Part shown: piece after piece, positions 1-43,184 of the stretch
How positions within the stretch are numbered: the first letter of the stretch is position 1
Layout of the letters: every line of letters begins with the position of its first letter
Assembly: GCF_964355755.1 (NCBI RefSeq)
Contig: NC_092680.1
Location: 13,401,045 to 13,465,044 of the forward strand
Direction: 5' to 3'
Length of the DNA: 64,000 bases
From: Antedon mediterranea
Lineage: Eukaryota > Animalia > Echinodermata
Notes under the pieces: model-generated
The model's input: only the letters and a program-made list of their open reading frames with translations
What the model was told of the DNA's origin: nothing
The model's database searches: none
Made by a program: the position numbers and the translations under genes

Positions 1-1274
1 TGTACTATGTTAGTTCAGGAGATGAAGTGTGTGTTGGTAGAATCTGGTGTGTTTGAGGTTGGTGATGTGAGGTGTATTTTTGTGACTTTAAGACCTAAAT
101 TAGATGTTTTCTGAAGAAAAGAAGCGAATAGGCTTCCCAATAAAATAGTGTATATTAAAGTACATTGAATGAATTCGAGCGGAAAAATAACACACATAAA
201 AAAACATTCATTTCCTTGTCGAAAAGCGCCCTCTCTAGTTTTCTATTAATTTATTAATAATTATTATTAATTAATGAGTAATATAAACATATTTTTAACA
301 TTTGATGATGGAAGCTGATACTACTCCAAACAAAGTTTCATACCTCCAAATTTCATCAACGTATTCAAAGCACTTCAATAAATATCACATTGAACATTAA
401 AAATTAGGGTTATGGATAGAATTTTGCTTAAAACATATACAAAAAACATCGATAAAAATATTTTTCGTATTCAAAAACATTTGATACTTGGTATAAATGT
501 TCAATATAGGTTGCTCCATCCATATTGCAAAAAAAAAAATGACTATCGAGCCATATTACTGATTTTTTAAATTTACGTTTTTACAAAATGTACACTTATG
601 AAAGACCTTACAATTCCAATGCATTTTTTAAACCTAATAACGATTTTGAAAAAAACAACCAACAAAATACGTTCATGAATGAAATTTTGTTTCTGTGAAT
701 AGAGCAACCTATATTGAACATATAAAAGAAGTTTCAAATGTTTTTAAATTCGGAAAGTATTTTTTATCGATGTTTTTTGTATATGTTTTTAAGCAAAATT
801 CTATCCATAACCCTAATTTTTAATGTTCAATGTGATATTTATTGAAGTGCTTTGAATACGTTGACGAAATTGGGAGGTATGACACCTTGTTAGGAGTAGT
901 ATCAGCTTCCAGCATTAAATGTTAAAAATAAGTTTATATTACTCATTAATTAATAATAATTATTAATAAATTAATAGAAAACTAGAGAGGGCGCTTTTCG
1001 ACAAGGAAATGAATGATTTTTTTATGTGTGTTATTTTTCCGCTCGAGTTTATTCAATGTAGTGTAATATAAACTGTTATATACATACTATTTTATTGGGA
1101 ATTATTTTTGTGTGAATCATCTTGGAGTTGTTTGAAAGCCTATCCACTTACTTCTTTTCTTCAGAAAACATCTAATTTAGGTCTTAAAGTGACAAAAATA
1201 CACCTCACATCACCAACCTCCAACACACCAGATTCTACCAACACACACTTCATCTCCTGAACTAACATAGTACA
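1..1274. mobile_element. Long foldback / MITE-like element with ~520-bp inverted arms (left end at or just before the window edge)
   Basis: 1-~525 is the near-perfect reverse complement of ~697-1274 (tgtactatgttagttcaggagatgaag vs cttcatctcctgaactaacatagtaca), with a ~170-bp spacer. The right end is followed by gta, consistent with a TA target. Confidence 0.85.
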
Positions 1275-3724
1275 GTATAAGTCAAATTAATTGTTTAAAT
1301 TTTTTTTATTGAAATCAATCTGCCTCAAAAAATATTATAATAGTAACAATAACAGAAAGGTAGATAGGTATTTCAATAATTATTTTTAAACTTAAAAATG
1401 TAAAAAAAAACTGATTAAAAGTTTATACATACATTATAAATGAAATAAAATAACTACTCTTTTAGTAATGCATACACAAGTACAGAATATCAGAAATCAA
1501 TGAATTATGTTTCTAAATATGGCATTTAGGCTAATTTGATTTGAGAAAACATTAATGCCATTGGCCTATACAAAAAATCAATGCAATTAGACAAAATAGT
1601 TACATAAACAATTAATACTAATATTGGTAGGCATAAAATAATAGTGTATATAAACTTTCCTTAAATATAAACAGTATAGGGCCTTACCAATTTATTTAAT
1701 ACATAATATATGAACTATATTACACAAAAGAAATATAAATGAATTTATAAGGACATGATGATTATCAAAAATAGTCAATATAATTTAATATTATGTTCAT
1801 ATTATTATATTATATCAATCATAGAGATTTTCAAAAACATAGTTTGGTAACATTTAGTTTCTTTTTCAGACCTTTAATATTTGGAAATAACATAATAATT
1901 ATAAAACATTCTTTTTTTTAATGCCATTATGCGGTTAAAAACAAGTACAGCAGTATGCATATGTAGATACAGTACACATATATTATTGTGAGAACACAAT
2001 TTCAATAATTTCTTTGTTAGTTATCAACACCTAGGGGTTAAATTTTTAGGAAAACATTGGTTTATTTTTTATATAAATTATATGTGCAGAAATTCGTTCT
2101 TCTAGCCTCAGATCATTCCTGAAGTTAGACATAAATCACCCAAATTAGTATTAAGTAATTAAATGAATAGTAGATGAAGTACAGTACAAATACATGTTTC
2201 AGGAGGATACTTTATGTTAAAGGTGATAATTTTACCCCGATGAAATGTATTCAATTACCAGGTTGAAGTATGGTGGAAACACTACTATATGGCAAATTAA
2301 ATGTACTCATATAGAACACAGTCAGTTCTACCAAGGTTAGAGGTGTGCCACAATTTGAGATAAGTGGACACATGACTTTTTCAATAGTAAATTCATTACC
2401 AGCATTATAAATAAAGTTTTAAAAAGATGAGAATGTAAGTAAATATCAGATTCATAGTCCTCATTATACACAATGATTTTCTACTATCACATATTAAAAT
2501 ATAAAACAATCATATAGCCTTTAATGAATTTACATGGAGGTCTATCCAAATAAATTTAAATAAAAGGGTCGTAATATGTCTTCGTCTCCAGTTCGTGGAA
2601 ATTGAAGTTAGGATTCCATCATTTCAACAACAAAAAATATTCAAAATTTTCCTGCCAGTTTGCGTTCAAGAGTACAACCTGCTTAGTTTTAAATACGAGT
2701 ACTGCTTTCTATACACATAACTTTGATTTCTGAAAAAAAAAAATCCCTGTAATAAATGTACTTTAATTACTGTAATAATCTAGGCGTAGATTATGTTGAC
2801 CAGACCAGTGAGAGGACGATCGACTGTACAGTACTAACATAAGTCCTCTAGGTGGATACAACTTATTTCTTGTCTAAAAAGTGTACAGTAGTATGCTAAT
2901 AGTACTATTATTAGATTAGGTAGTTGGAGTAGTTTGGAGAGATACATCTATTTATAAGAGAGTACTTTATTATTATAGATATAATACTAATAGGTACCAT
3001 GTATTGGGATGCAATTCAACAGTTATGAATAAAAAAAACTCTGTATGCTTTTTTCTGGCTGTGAAATATAAAATTGTTAAATGAAAAAGAAAATTTAGGG
3101 TGATCATCCCAGTATTTACAGTCTAAATTTGATCTTTATGCAACAATAGGCATAAACGATTTTTTAATTAACAGGTATAAAAGCAAATTAAAAGCCTTAC
3201 GTACTCTGTATGTTGGAGGAAATAAGCATAAGTGCAAATAAATCCTTGACCACAGGATGTAATTCACTATTTGGAATCAGTAGTACACGATTGTGTTGGA
3301 CCATAATGTGGTCCAGGTTGACGGGCCAGGAATGATGGTAGTGCCCAGTATACAGTGTAGTTTAGCCTCAAGGCAATACCATGTAGCTGGATTAGCTTGG
3401 AGAAATACACTAGAGATTTCATGAGATTTGGTGTGTGATGATTCAGTTTGATAATTAGCTGTGAAAAAAAAGTGTTGAATTATGAAGAAAATATTGTAAA
3501 ATATAACAAGGAAGTTATACTATAGTACAATTAAGGGGTAACAGTAAAATATATTATAATAATAAATGCAATGGGAATTACTATTACTAATATTATGTAT
3601 ACAATACAATATTACAGTTAAATTCATAGGTCGATATTATTTTATTATTATAAGGAAATCTGTTTTAGAATGAGAAAAAACCGTCCCAACCTAGATTTGA
3701 ACCCAGCTATCAATAAAGCTATAA

Positions 3725-4295
3725 AGCTATTGGTACGAGTTGACCAATTATTTGGGTACGAGTTAGCCAAGTTTGGTACGAGTTGACATGGGTATGTTAC
3801 GGGTTGACCAGCACCCTAGAATACGGATAAAGATCAACCCGTACCCCCATGCCGACTCATTCCCATCCCATGGTAGAATACTACTTACATGTTAGTTTAG
3901 CCTAGCTGGGCTAACCTACCTCACCTCTCACATGCCCTCCTGAAAAAACGCGACCGAAATTACTGGAACCCTACCCTACCAGACCTAGATAGTAGTGATC
4001 CGTAGTACCATGGAACTATAATAAATGGTAGACGTACTAGTACTGTGTAGTATATGTTAACATGTCTGGCTCTACGAGGCCTTTTTATGCTCATAGGATG
4101 GCTTTTTTGGACGTCCCAATGTAGGCCTATGCCTATAACTAGGACAGATTTCCCATTCCTGCAGGCCTGTAGCCTATGCTCTAGTAGGGCGCCCGGGTGT
4201 ACCCTGGTCGATTCACCCCTGGTCGACTCGTACCCATGCCAACTCGTACTTAACTTCCTACCCTAAACTCGTATCCAACCAAATAATTGGTTGAT
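3725..4295. mobile_element. Degenerate MITE with GGTACGAGTTG subterminal repeats
   Basis: Left ggtacgagttgaccaattatttggg versus right aactcgtatccaaccaaataattggttg in inverted orientation; the same motif family recurs at ~15440-15510. Confidence 0.55.
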
Positions 4296-5390
4296 TTCCC
4301 GCTAGACTAGTAGGCCTAGCCTAGCTACAATATTCATTATGCCCTACTAAAAAGGTAGATGAGCTACTAGACTAATTACGTAATTCGTATAATAATAACA
4401 ATAATTGACTAGAAGGCCTAAAAGCGACGGAAAACACCTAGGCCTAGGCCTATCCATTCTTGCATGGCAGTACGAAAACCTGCCTATGGTTGTACATCAT
4501 TGTAAATTGTCAGCAGACACTGTGCTACGGACAGTGTACCGTTTGTTAAAATTACAGCATTTATAGCAGACAACAACGTGTATAACTAGCTATAGTTTTA
4601 CAGATAGCACCTGTGGACAGTAGCAGAATCGGGTGCAGAATTTTTCTTTAGCGTCTTTTTTTTCCAGATATTTCAAAGTGAAGGAAAACTTCTTGTATAA
4701 CAAAACCAATGGCCGTAAATAGTTTTTTTTTGGCCGAATCTTATTCCTGACAATTTGTTTTTTTTAAAGTACTTTTATCAGGAAAGAGTGCGTTTTTTAT
4801 ACTTACTCATCCCATGCGAATTAGTACAGTATATAACTTTATATTAAGGCAGAAAAATACCGGGTGGTTTACAATTTATGTTCTATGCCTGTTGTGTATA
4901 TAATGTTCTTATCCTCAATAATAATTTTATAATATAAATACAGTAAATAAATCAATCAGGATGCAAATGAATAAACAGGTAATATATAAATAGATTAACA
5001 GATTAGTGTTTATTTATTCTGCAAAATACAGAACTACAGTAATAGCAATTCTAATAATAAATTAAACCAAATGATAACAAAATTGGAAATGGCTAATATA
5101 CAGCTTAAATTAGAACCAGAAATATAAAAGATAATCAATATTTTGTTTACAAATTGATTTCAAAATGTAACCTTGTCAACTGTTGTTTTTTGTCACATTA
5201 TTGGTATATCATTATGTTTTTGTAGATAACCATAATAGTTTTAAATACCTGAATATATGATGATTGTAATCTGTGAGCTGTAGGTTTATGACCAAATTGT
5301 CAATTACTAATAGTTTATATTTTTTCAATAATGACAATAAACTGCTATTAATAAAGTTATACAGAAGAATTTCTTTGTGTGAATCCCATT

Positions 5391-5523
5391 CAGTGGATTC
5401 CCTTATTAAGGAACACTTTACATAAAACTAATGAGGGAAATATATATTTAAACATTATGGTGCACTCCTTTGCAGGGGACACTTTCTTCGGTTTTATGGT
5501 ATCCCATAATAGGGGTTCTACTG
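5391..5523. mobile_element. Short Tc1/mariner-pogo-type MITE (CAGT...ACTG)
   Basis: cagtggattccc...ggggttctactg termini, internal ggggacac motifs; similar to 5739-5887. Confidence 0.5.
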
Positions 5524-5738
5524 TGTATAAATATAAGGACAATAACAACAAGCACTTAATTACTAATCACCATATCTATTAAGATAAATGTCACATGGAA
5601 TTAAAGTACTAATTTCTGCATATCACAGACCTTTTTATAGTAAGATACTCTACTTTTTTTAATATAGAAATGCGGACACCAACACTTTCTAAACAAATTA
5701 CATGAGGTGAACAACCCTTTTCAATCACAGTTTAAATA

Positions 5739-5887
5739 CAGTAGAAACTCTCTCTATGACACCCACATTAAAGGGACACTTTCTTGTGAAATTAACAAAT
5801 GGAAATATATACAACACTACGGCCAACACCAATTAAGGGGACACTGTGTTGGGTCCTGAAGGTTTCCCTTAATAACACGGTTTACTG
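5739..5887. mobile_element. Short Tc1/mariner-pogo-type MITE, TA TSD
   Basis: ta|cagtagaaac ... gttttactg|ta. Confidence 0.6.
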
Positions 5888-8800
5888 TATTAAAAATATT
5901 TTATTTCGATTCTTAATTACATGAGAACTGTGCCAACTACTCCAAAATGTGTCTATAAAAAAAAAAACATATTATAAATAAACAAAGTCATAAATAATTT
6001 ATTTGAATTAGGCCATATAGGAGTTATTTCAGCTTTTGTAGTAAGGGTGATGATGTAAAGACCACCTATCCTTTGAATATAATGATTTGTGAAATATAGT
6101 ATAAACGAATCATCTATATATAAATTCGGCAAATCGCGTGTTACTTCTAGAATGTTTACTCGATGGTTCGTCCGTATTTTCGGTACTGATTTTAACCACC
6201 TAATGTAACCTTGTTTACTAATAAAATATAGTTAGATAATTAGTTATTGACAATTAAAGCGAATTTAGGTTCAACGATTGGCCCCAAATAGGGGTGTTTT
6301 CCGATCGTGGTATACACTTTCTAATGGATCTTGAAGAATACCCGCACACAATAATACGAGGATGTTTCGCATTTACCTATCTCCTTCTACGATAATTGTT
6401 TTTAATACTTGAAGACCGATTGAACTGCTCGAGTACAGCATCATAATGTTGACAGTCCGATTAAAAAAACGATTTTGATAGATTTAATATACGTTTATAC
6501 AAATGTATTCATTTGCGATGAATGGAACATTCCAATGTCTCAGTCTCAGTATAATTATAAATGTATGGGTCCTTGGGGATAAACATAAAACCTTTAGATA
6601 TAGTATTACAATACTTTGACAATACTGTAAATACATATTAACCATATTTGGTCCGCCATTTGAATCGCAAATTTCTTACTGTGAGTGTGGATACTGTTAG
6701 ATATATAAACACATACACAAATAAATGTTATTACTGTGAGTGTAGGTAGGCCCTGTTAAATAAACTTTATTATAAACGTCGTAATGGTGTATCGTTACAT
6801 GTACTACTATGACAGTGACAATTAAGTATTAAATCGCAACTGTTTTACTGTATTTAGTGGTATATTATTTATAGGCCTATAAAATATGAAAAAATGTTTC
6901 GTTACTGAGTGAATAAAGAATTTATTTTAAAATGTTTCCTCTTCGTACCCATCCTCTTCCCCATCCATCAACCCTAATGTTACATACAAACACAAATTGG
7001 GTTTGTTTAAATGAATCCAAATTTTGTGACAAGATCCTCTTTCGGAATTCCCAGGGTGCTAATTTTAGTTGACTACATAAACCAGCGTGTCTATTTATTC
7101 GTTTTATTGTAAACGAAATTGTATTATAGTCCTGCGGTACGTACTTTTGAAATCATCAGTTTTTTAGCCTGAAATGACTGTGTATTCGAGAACCATGCAC
7201 TATGAATACATTTAAATATAACATTAAACATATATCTCGTATTACATAAATTTTAGAAACAGAAATATAAAAACTAACCGCCTATTTATAATGCTGGAAT
7301 ATTAAAGAAAAACAATTAGTGAGCATAGAAAAAAAATTACTATCGCCACTGTCAACTATGCATGTAATTACTATTGCCATGATTAACCGTGTTTCTAATG
7401 TAATTTTTTTTTTGTCTAGTTCCCCTTGCTGATCCTATCAGGATAATAAAACATGGCAAAAGAAAATATTAATTTACATGCCTGGTTTTTTTTTAAAAAA
7501 CAACAAAACCCCAATTGGAATTCTCCTGATTAGTATGATGGTGATGTCATTTGATTTGATTTTCCACCTTAAACAGTGTGCAGTAAAATAACCCTAGTTC
7601 TCAATTCAAACTGCATATCTCTATATACATACTGTAAATATATATGCACAATCATATAAAATACAAATAACATAATAAAATACATCATATTTAAATAAGG
7701 TTATATTGGTTTGTTATTTTAAAGTTCTCAGCCATCAGACCGATGGCAAATAATAATTAAATTTAAGATTTAAGTAAAAAAGGAAAAGAGATAATATTTC
7801 GTGATTGGGCTCCAATATATAAACAAAATACTGTTGATAACTATTTTGAAGTACACCTCGTATAATAGTTTTGAAAGTATATGCTTTGATCATCCTCAGG
7901 AGTAAGAATGCAGAAAGTCCAGGTAACTGGGAATATAAAAAAAATAGTGGGACTGGTGTGAAACCTAAAAAAATAGGAAGTTCACAGTGGGAAAAGTTTC
8001 ACATCTCTCGGAAAATTGCTCTTCTATAGGTAGTTTCCATTCACCATTGTTCATGAGAAACAATGCTCTTCTATAGCCAGTTTCTATCCCTCCCACTGTG
8101 TGAACTTGCTATTGTTTTTTAGTTTTTAAAAAAAATATTTCTGTTCCAATATCTGTGAATTTTACAACTTATCACTAATAAGCCTAATGCCAACTAAAAT
8201 ATGGAGGATTTACAGTCTAGAGTCAGTTATAATGCATTCATATTTTCATATTTACTCCAATAGTAGTGGGCCTGATTGCATAAAGTTGGTATTTAGGTAC
8301 ATTTTTACAATTTTGCCAAGAAATGTAATGAGAAATTTACACTATTTGATTAACAAAATAAACAGATATATTAATACAGTACTATACTACAGTTAAAAGC
8401 TGCAAAACGATAAAAACCTTACTTTTAAACGACAGAATCTTAAACCTCTAACAATTTTTTTATATAAAATTATTATATTCTATTTTCGCTAAGCAAAGAC
8501 ATTTAGTTTTAAATACAAATTAATCATATGGATTAATGGAATTATTTGATAGAATTATTAGTTTGATAGTGAATCATGTGCCAAAAAAAAAATAAAAATA
8601 AAACACTGAATACACAGAGTTGTAATAGGACTCAATAAAAACAAACCAGTGTTTATGCATTGGCCTGAATATTGTTTTGGAAGCATTAAATGGTATCATG
8701 GTACATTATACATTACTAATCGTTTAACGCCAGAAATATAATAAGGTATAAACGGAGTGATTATTATGCAATTAAATTAAAAATCATGATTAATATTTTA

Positions 8801-9188
8801 CAGTTGAATATTCTGTCTGTTATTGACCGTTTTATTATTATTGTCCTATTGGCGACAGAAATAAAGATTTTAGTGTTATAAATTATTAAGATTCACAACA
8901 ATGACTAAACATTAACATACCTCAACATGTTTAAGGTAGTGAAGTTATGTATTGGAAGTCTTACCAACACTACTACTCCCACAATAAATGACCCATACAT
9001 TACATCATTTTTGGGGTTATGTATTAAAGGGGTACAAAAAAAAAGAACATATACATATTGTATCTACATTATTATTGTCTAATAGACAACTTCATCTAAC
9101 ACAGTTTCAATCACAATTTTATACGAGTACCGTATCTTAATAAATTTTACTCTTTCGCAATCCATATGATGGCAACAATACAATGTAA

Positions 9189-9349
9189 AGCTCAAGTCTA
9201 CACTATCGAACTTTATGTGACAAAAAAGTGTTATGTGACCAAATATGGTAGTGATATGCCCAAATATGGTTGAGATATGACATCATCATGTTCATATATG
9301 GACACATCACATTTTTGGTCACATAAACTTTAAGAGTGTAGACAGGGCC
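9189..9349. mobile_element. Harbinger-like MITE (~160 bp), second copy at 43005-43158
   Basis: gtctacact/agtgtagac inverted termini, TAA flanks, internal aaatatggtagtgatat repeats shared with the 43-kb copy. Confidence 0.65.
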
Positions 9350-9762
9350 TAAAAATCTAAACTCAGAGTTGCACTGTGGGACATGTGGTAAGCTCAAGAA
9401 AGTTTTTTAACAGAGGGTGATACACCATCACAACTATTTCAAATATGGTGTTTTTACTGTAGTTGTTATTTTTATTGATTAATTAAAGGGCAATCTTGAA
9501 ACAAGATGACAGTTACACAATGATTAAGATATAACCATGACTAATTACAGGCGGAGGGATTACAAAATGTCAGAATCAAGTGGCCTACTTTAAGTTTTAA
9601 ATTGGTCTATTTCTTATGCGACTAGAGTAGAAAGTAGTTTTATGATACTTTATTTCATAAGCACACATTATCCACATACACTATGTATACCTACACATTA
9701 TTTCATCTCTATTTCGGTTTATGATACAATCATTGGAATAATCAACGAGTATTCAATATACT

Positions 9763-39381
<29,619 letters not shown>

Positions 39382-39651
39382 CTTGACAGCTATTTAATAG
39401 CTTTTCGTTGAAACTCACAAGAAGAGCATTAGTTCAAAATATATTCACTTTATGGTGGCTTAAAATTACCCTACAAATAGTGATTTTTGTAGAGTAAAAC
39501 TAAATCCCAAGTAAGCAAATAAAACTAGCCTACGATCCGTCGTAGATGAAATGTGACCCCAAACCCAAGCTCTGAGTTCATTCATCCCATAATAATAATT
39601 TTACAGTATATAGAGGGCGCACATTAAAATTTATTGTTATCAGGGCCGGTG

Positions 39652-40560
39652 TATTCAATTCAATTCAATTCAACGTAAACATTTATTTTCTTTCTTTCAA
39701 TCAATAATAAAACAAATGAATAAGGTATTAAAAAAAAAAGTAAGTACGAGTTACAAATAATACATTTCATTAATATAATTTATAAACACGACAGGCAAAG
39801 AACATTAGTTCTAAACCGCCCGGTGATATACTGAAATTTTAATTAATTAATTTGAAACGATAAAGATGAGGAAATATAATATAAATATATAGCCTATATA
39901 GACTATTTTTAGTTACACACATATATAAATATACATATTTATATATATAAACAAATCAGGCAAAGAACATTAACATTAATTTAATTATTTTATTAATTTA
40001 TATATATATATGTATATATGTACACACACACATATATATATATATAAACAAATCAGGCAATATGTATATATATATATATATATATACACACACATACACA
40101 CATATACATATATACATAAATAAATACACACAAACTCATCAGACAATAAACATTAATTCTAAACAGCCCGGCGATATACTGAAATGTTAATTAATTAATT
40201 TGAAACGATAAAGATGAGGAAATATAATATAAATATATAGCCTATATAGACTATTTTCAGTTACATATATATATAAATATACAATATTTATATATAAACA
40301 AATCAGGCAAAGAACATATAAATATATATATACAAATATATATAAATCCAAAGGCAAATTACTGAAAAAAATGACAATGCTGTGGGTATCAGTGGCTGGA
40401 TCTCAAAGGAGATACAAAAAAAGCGAAAAACTAAATCAAAACGATAAAGTAAACAGCCAGAAAAGTAAGCAGAGCTATATACATACACACACACACACAT
40501 ACATATATACAAATCAATTGTGTTGCATAGCACTGTGTAAATTATATATAAATAAATAAT
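39652..40560 (-). mobile_element. LINE-type 3' UTR fragment with (ttgaa)n tail and internal ~345-bp duplication
   Basis: The minus strand ends aataaatgtttacg(ttgaa)n; block 39800-39975 is repeated at 40148-40315; TA/CA microsatellites. Confidence 0.5.
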
Positions 40561-40564
40561 TTAA

Positions 40565-41385
40565 TTTTTAGTCGCGTGGAAGCGACTCTATAGTTCACTA
40601 TGTCGGTCGGTCGGTCTGTCTGTCTGTCTGTCGGTCTGTCTGTCGGTCTGTCTGTCGGTCTGTCTGTCTGTCTGTCTGTCGGTCCGATATCACTATGCGT
40701 TTTATCGCTTTATGACCTTATCTTGATATCAGTTTAATCTAGCTAAGTCAATTTTTCACAGAATATTCCTTATGGCCAGGAATCGATGTGGTTATGTTTT
40801 CACGGTGCGCAATAAAAAATTACGCGGTCTACGCACGATTTAACGAAATCACGTTTGTAATTATATCTTAACAACCATGAATCACAATTAAATAAAATTT
40901 GGTACTCATAAATTTCAGGGCATAAATCATCATATGGCAATACAATTACGTGCGTAGCGCATGTAACGCATGCGTAAGCGCGCTTAAAATGTTCAAAATT
41001 TATTTTCGATGAAATAAGAGTACGTTTCAGGCAATTTTAAGCGTTTACAAAATTGCCATGAGTGCGCAGATTTTTGCGCGCGCACTGCGCGTTAAATGTT
41101 ATTGCGCACTCTTCTTGCCCGATTTCTGTTTTCTTGACTTACTTTTCAACTCGAAATTACGTTATACGAGCACGTCAAAAGTGACAGGCTACGCACGTGT
41201 AAATTAAAAAAATATAAATGTTTCATTTCAACATTTTTAAACATGTTCAGTAATTTCGGTCAGTATAGTTCACTATGTCGGTCGGTCCGTCTGTCTGTCG
41301 GTCTGTCTGTCTGTTGGTCTGTTTGTCTGTCGGTCCGGTATCACTATGCATTGTAGCACGCGACTTAATGGCTGTTGGCCTTGTT
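40565..41385 (+). mobile_element. DINE-1/HINE-like non-autonomous Helentron
   Basis: T-rich flanks; 5' subTIR agtcgcgtg with partner gcgact; (gtct/gtcg)n microsatellites at 40602-40685 and 41277-41335; 3' subTIR cacgcgact followed by short hairpin ggctgttggcc. Confidence 0.8.
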
Positions 41386-41849
41386 TTTTAATATATTGAT
41401 AACATCAAATAATACCTTATATAAAAAGAACAGCAACATGTGGAAAAAAAGATGGCAATCCACGAAAGGCAAGCCTGTGATGTGGAAGCCCACACAATGA
41501 AGTAATATATAAGTTAGACAGAACAACAAACACAGGTACAGAACAAACTTACAGGATGTATAGCCGGTGTAAGATTGAATTGTGTCCAGCATTCAAAAGT
41601 GTCCGGGCGGACACTTTTCAGCATTGGATAGTGTCCAGTTGCATGTTTCAACGGGTTCGTGGGCGTTTTTCAACAATTTAATGCAGTCCGGCCCGTTTAA
41701 TAATGTCTGACCCATGGATTGAAATGCGTCCACTATTAAATACTGTATCATACGTTTTATGATAGGTGGTTGTTTTTATCACGCCTGCACTTGTCTTGTC
41801 TTCTTTTAATAACCAATAATACTTAAGGATGCCAAACTAATTTTTTTTT

Positions 41850-42482
41850 CTAATTAAAGATCGCTTTGCCTAAACACCTCCAATTAGGGACCATTATATT
41901 ATTTGGTATGTGAAAAGACAAGAAGAATAAATAATTGTTAAGTATGTGACAAAAACAAGTAAATGAAGTGGTCCTCTTCCAATTAAAAATCACTTTACCT
42001 AAAACACCTCCAATTAGCGACCATTATATTATTTAGTATTAATAAAGCAAGAAGAATATAATTTATAGTTATTAATTATGTGACAAAAAACAAGTAATTG
42101 TACTGGTCCTCTTTCAATAAACGACCACTTTACTTAAAGCACCTCCAATTAGCGACCATTTTATAAATTGGTATGAGTAAAGAAAGAAAATAATAATTAA
42201 TAGTTTTAATTATGTGACAAAATTAAGTAACTGTAGTGGTCCGCTTCCAATTAAAGGTCACTTCAGTTTAAGACACTTCCAATTAGCGACCGTTATATTA
42301 TTTTGTATGAATAAAGACAAGAAGAAGAAATAGTTTATAATCATGTGATAAAAAACAAGTAATTGTACTGGTCCTCTTCCAATTAAAGATCACTTCAATT
42401 TAAACACTTCCATTTAGCGACCGTTTTATTATTTTGTATGAGTACAGACAAGAGGAATAAATAGTTTATAATCATGTGATAA
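41850..42482. repeat. ~132-bp tandem repeat, about 5 copies
   Basis: Recurring aattaaagatcacttt...aaacacctccaattagcgacc...tatgtgacaaaaaacaagtaa. Confidence 0.8.
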
Positions 42483-43004
42483 ACAAGAAATATTTCTTAC
42501 AAAAAACGCCGCGTAACTTTTTGACTGGACAGTTGTAAGAACAGTCTTCATTAATCTAATATAATAGGTCGGCCAATCAAAACGCAAGTGAACAATTGGG
42601 ACTTTACTTGTGATTTATGTCATTGGCCTGTCAGCACAGTCGTTTCTTTCTAGAATTAAACGCACAAACTTGTATTGGGAATAATGTATGTGGTTATTAC
42701 TATCGCATTTAGGTATTGATAATAATAATAATATGGCTTTTGAATATATAATTACTGTCTGTAGAATAACAATTATACATTTTCGGTTCGCGATGAAAAG
42801 TTATATGAATGGATTTGTAATAGGTATTTATAATAATAGTATATGGGTTGTATTATTGCTAAGCTATCACCAAATCGCGTTATAACATTATTTCTCAGGG
42901 TTTTTTGCACCATTGATCAATACCAAACGCGTATCGGTATTATAGTTTTTAATGAATCATTACATTAATAAAAAGTCTAATTCCGACTTATGTTTCGATC
43001 ACAT

Positions 43005-43158
43005 AGTTCTGTGTCTACACTGTCCCAACTAGTTTAACAAAAAAAGTGTGATGTGCCCAAATATGGTAGTGATATACCCGATTATCGTAGTGATATGACA
43101 TCGTCATGTCTATATAATATGGGCACATCATATTTAGTTTGATAGTATAGACAGAGCT
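43005..43158. mobile_element. Harbinger-like MITE, copy of 9189-9349
   Basis: ctgtgtctacact ... agtatagacagag|cttaa; shared interior. Confidence 0.6.
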
Positions 43159-43184
43159 TAAGGATTATATTTAAAAAAATGTTT

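Noticed and set aside
6058-7430. CpG-richer segment suggestive of a transposon interior
   Set aside because: Could not define termini, TSD or coding remnants
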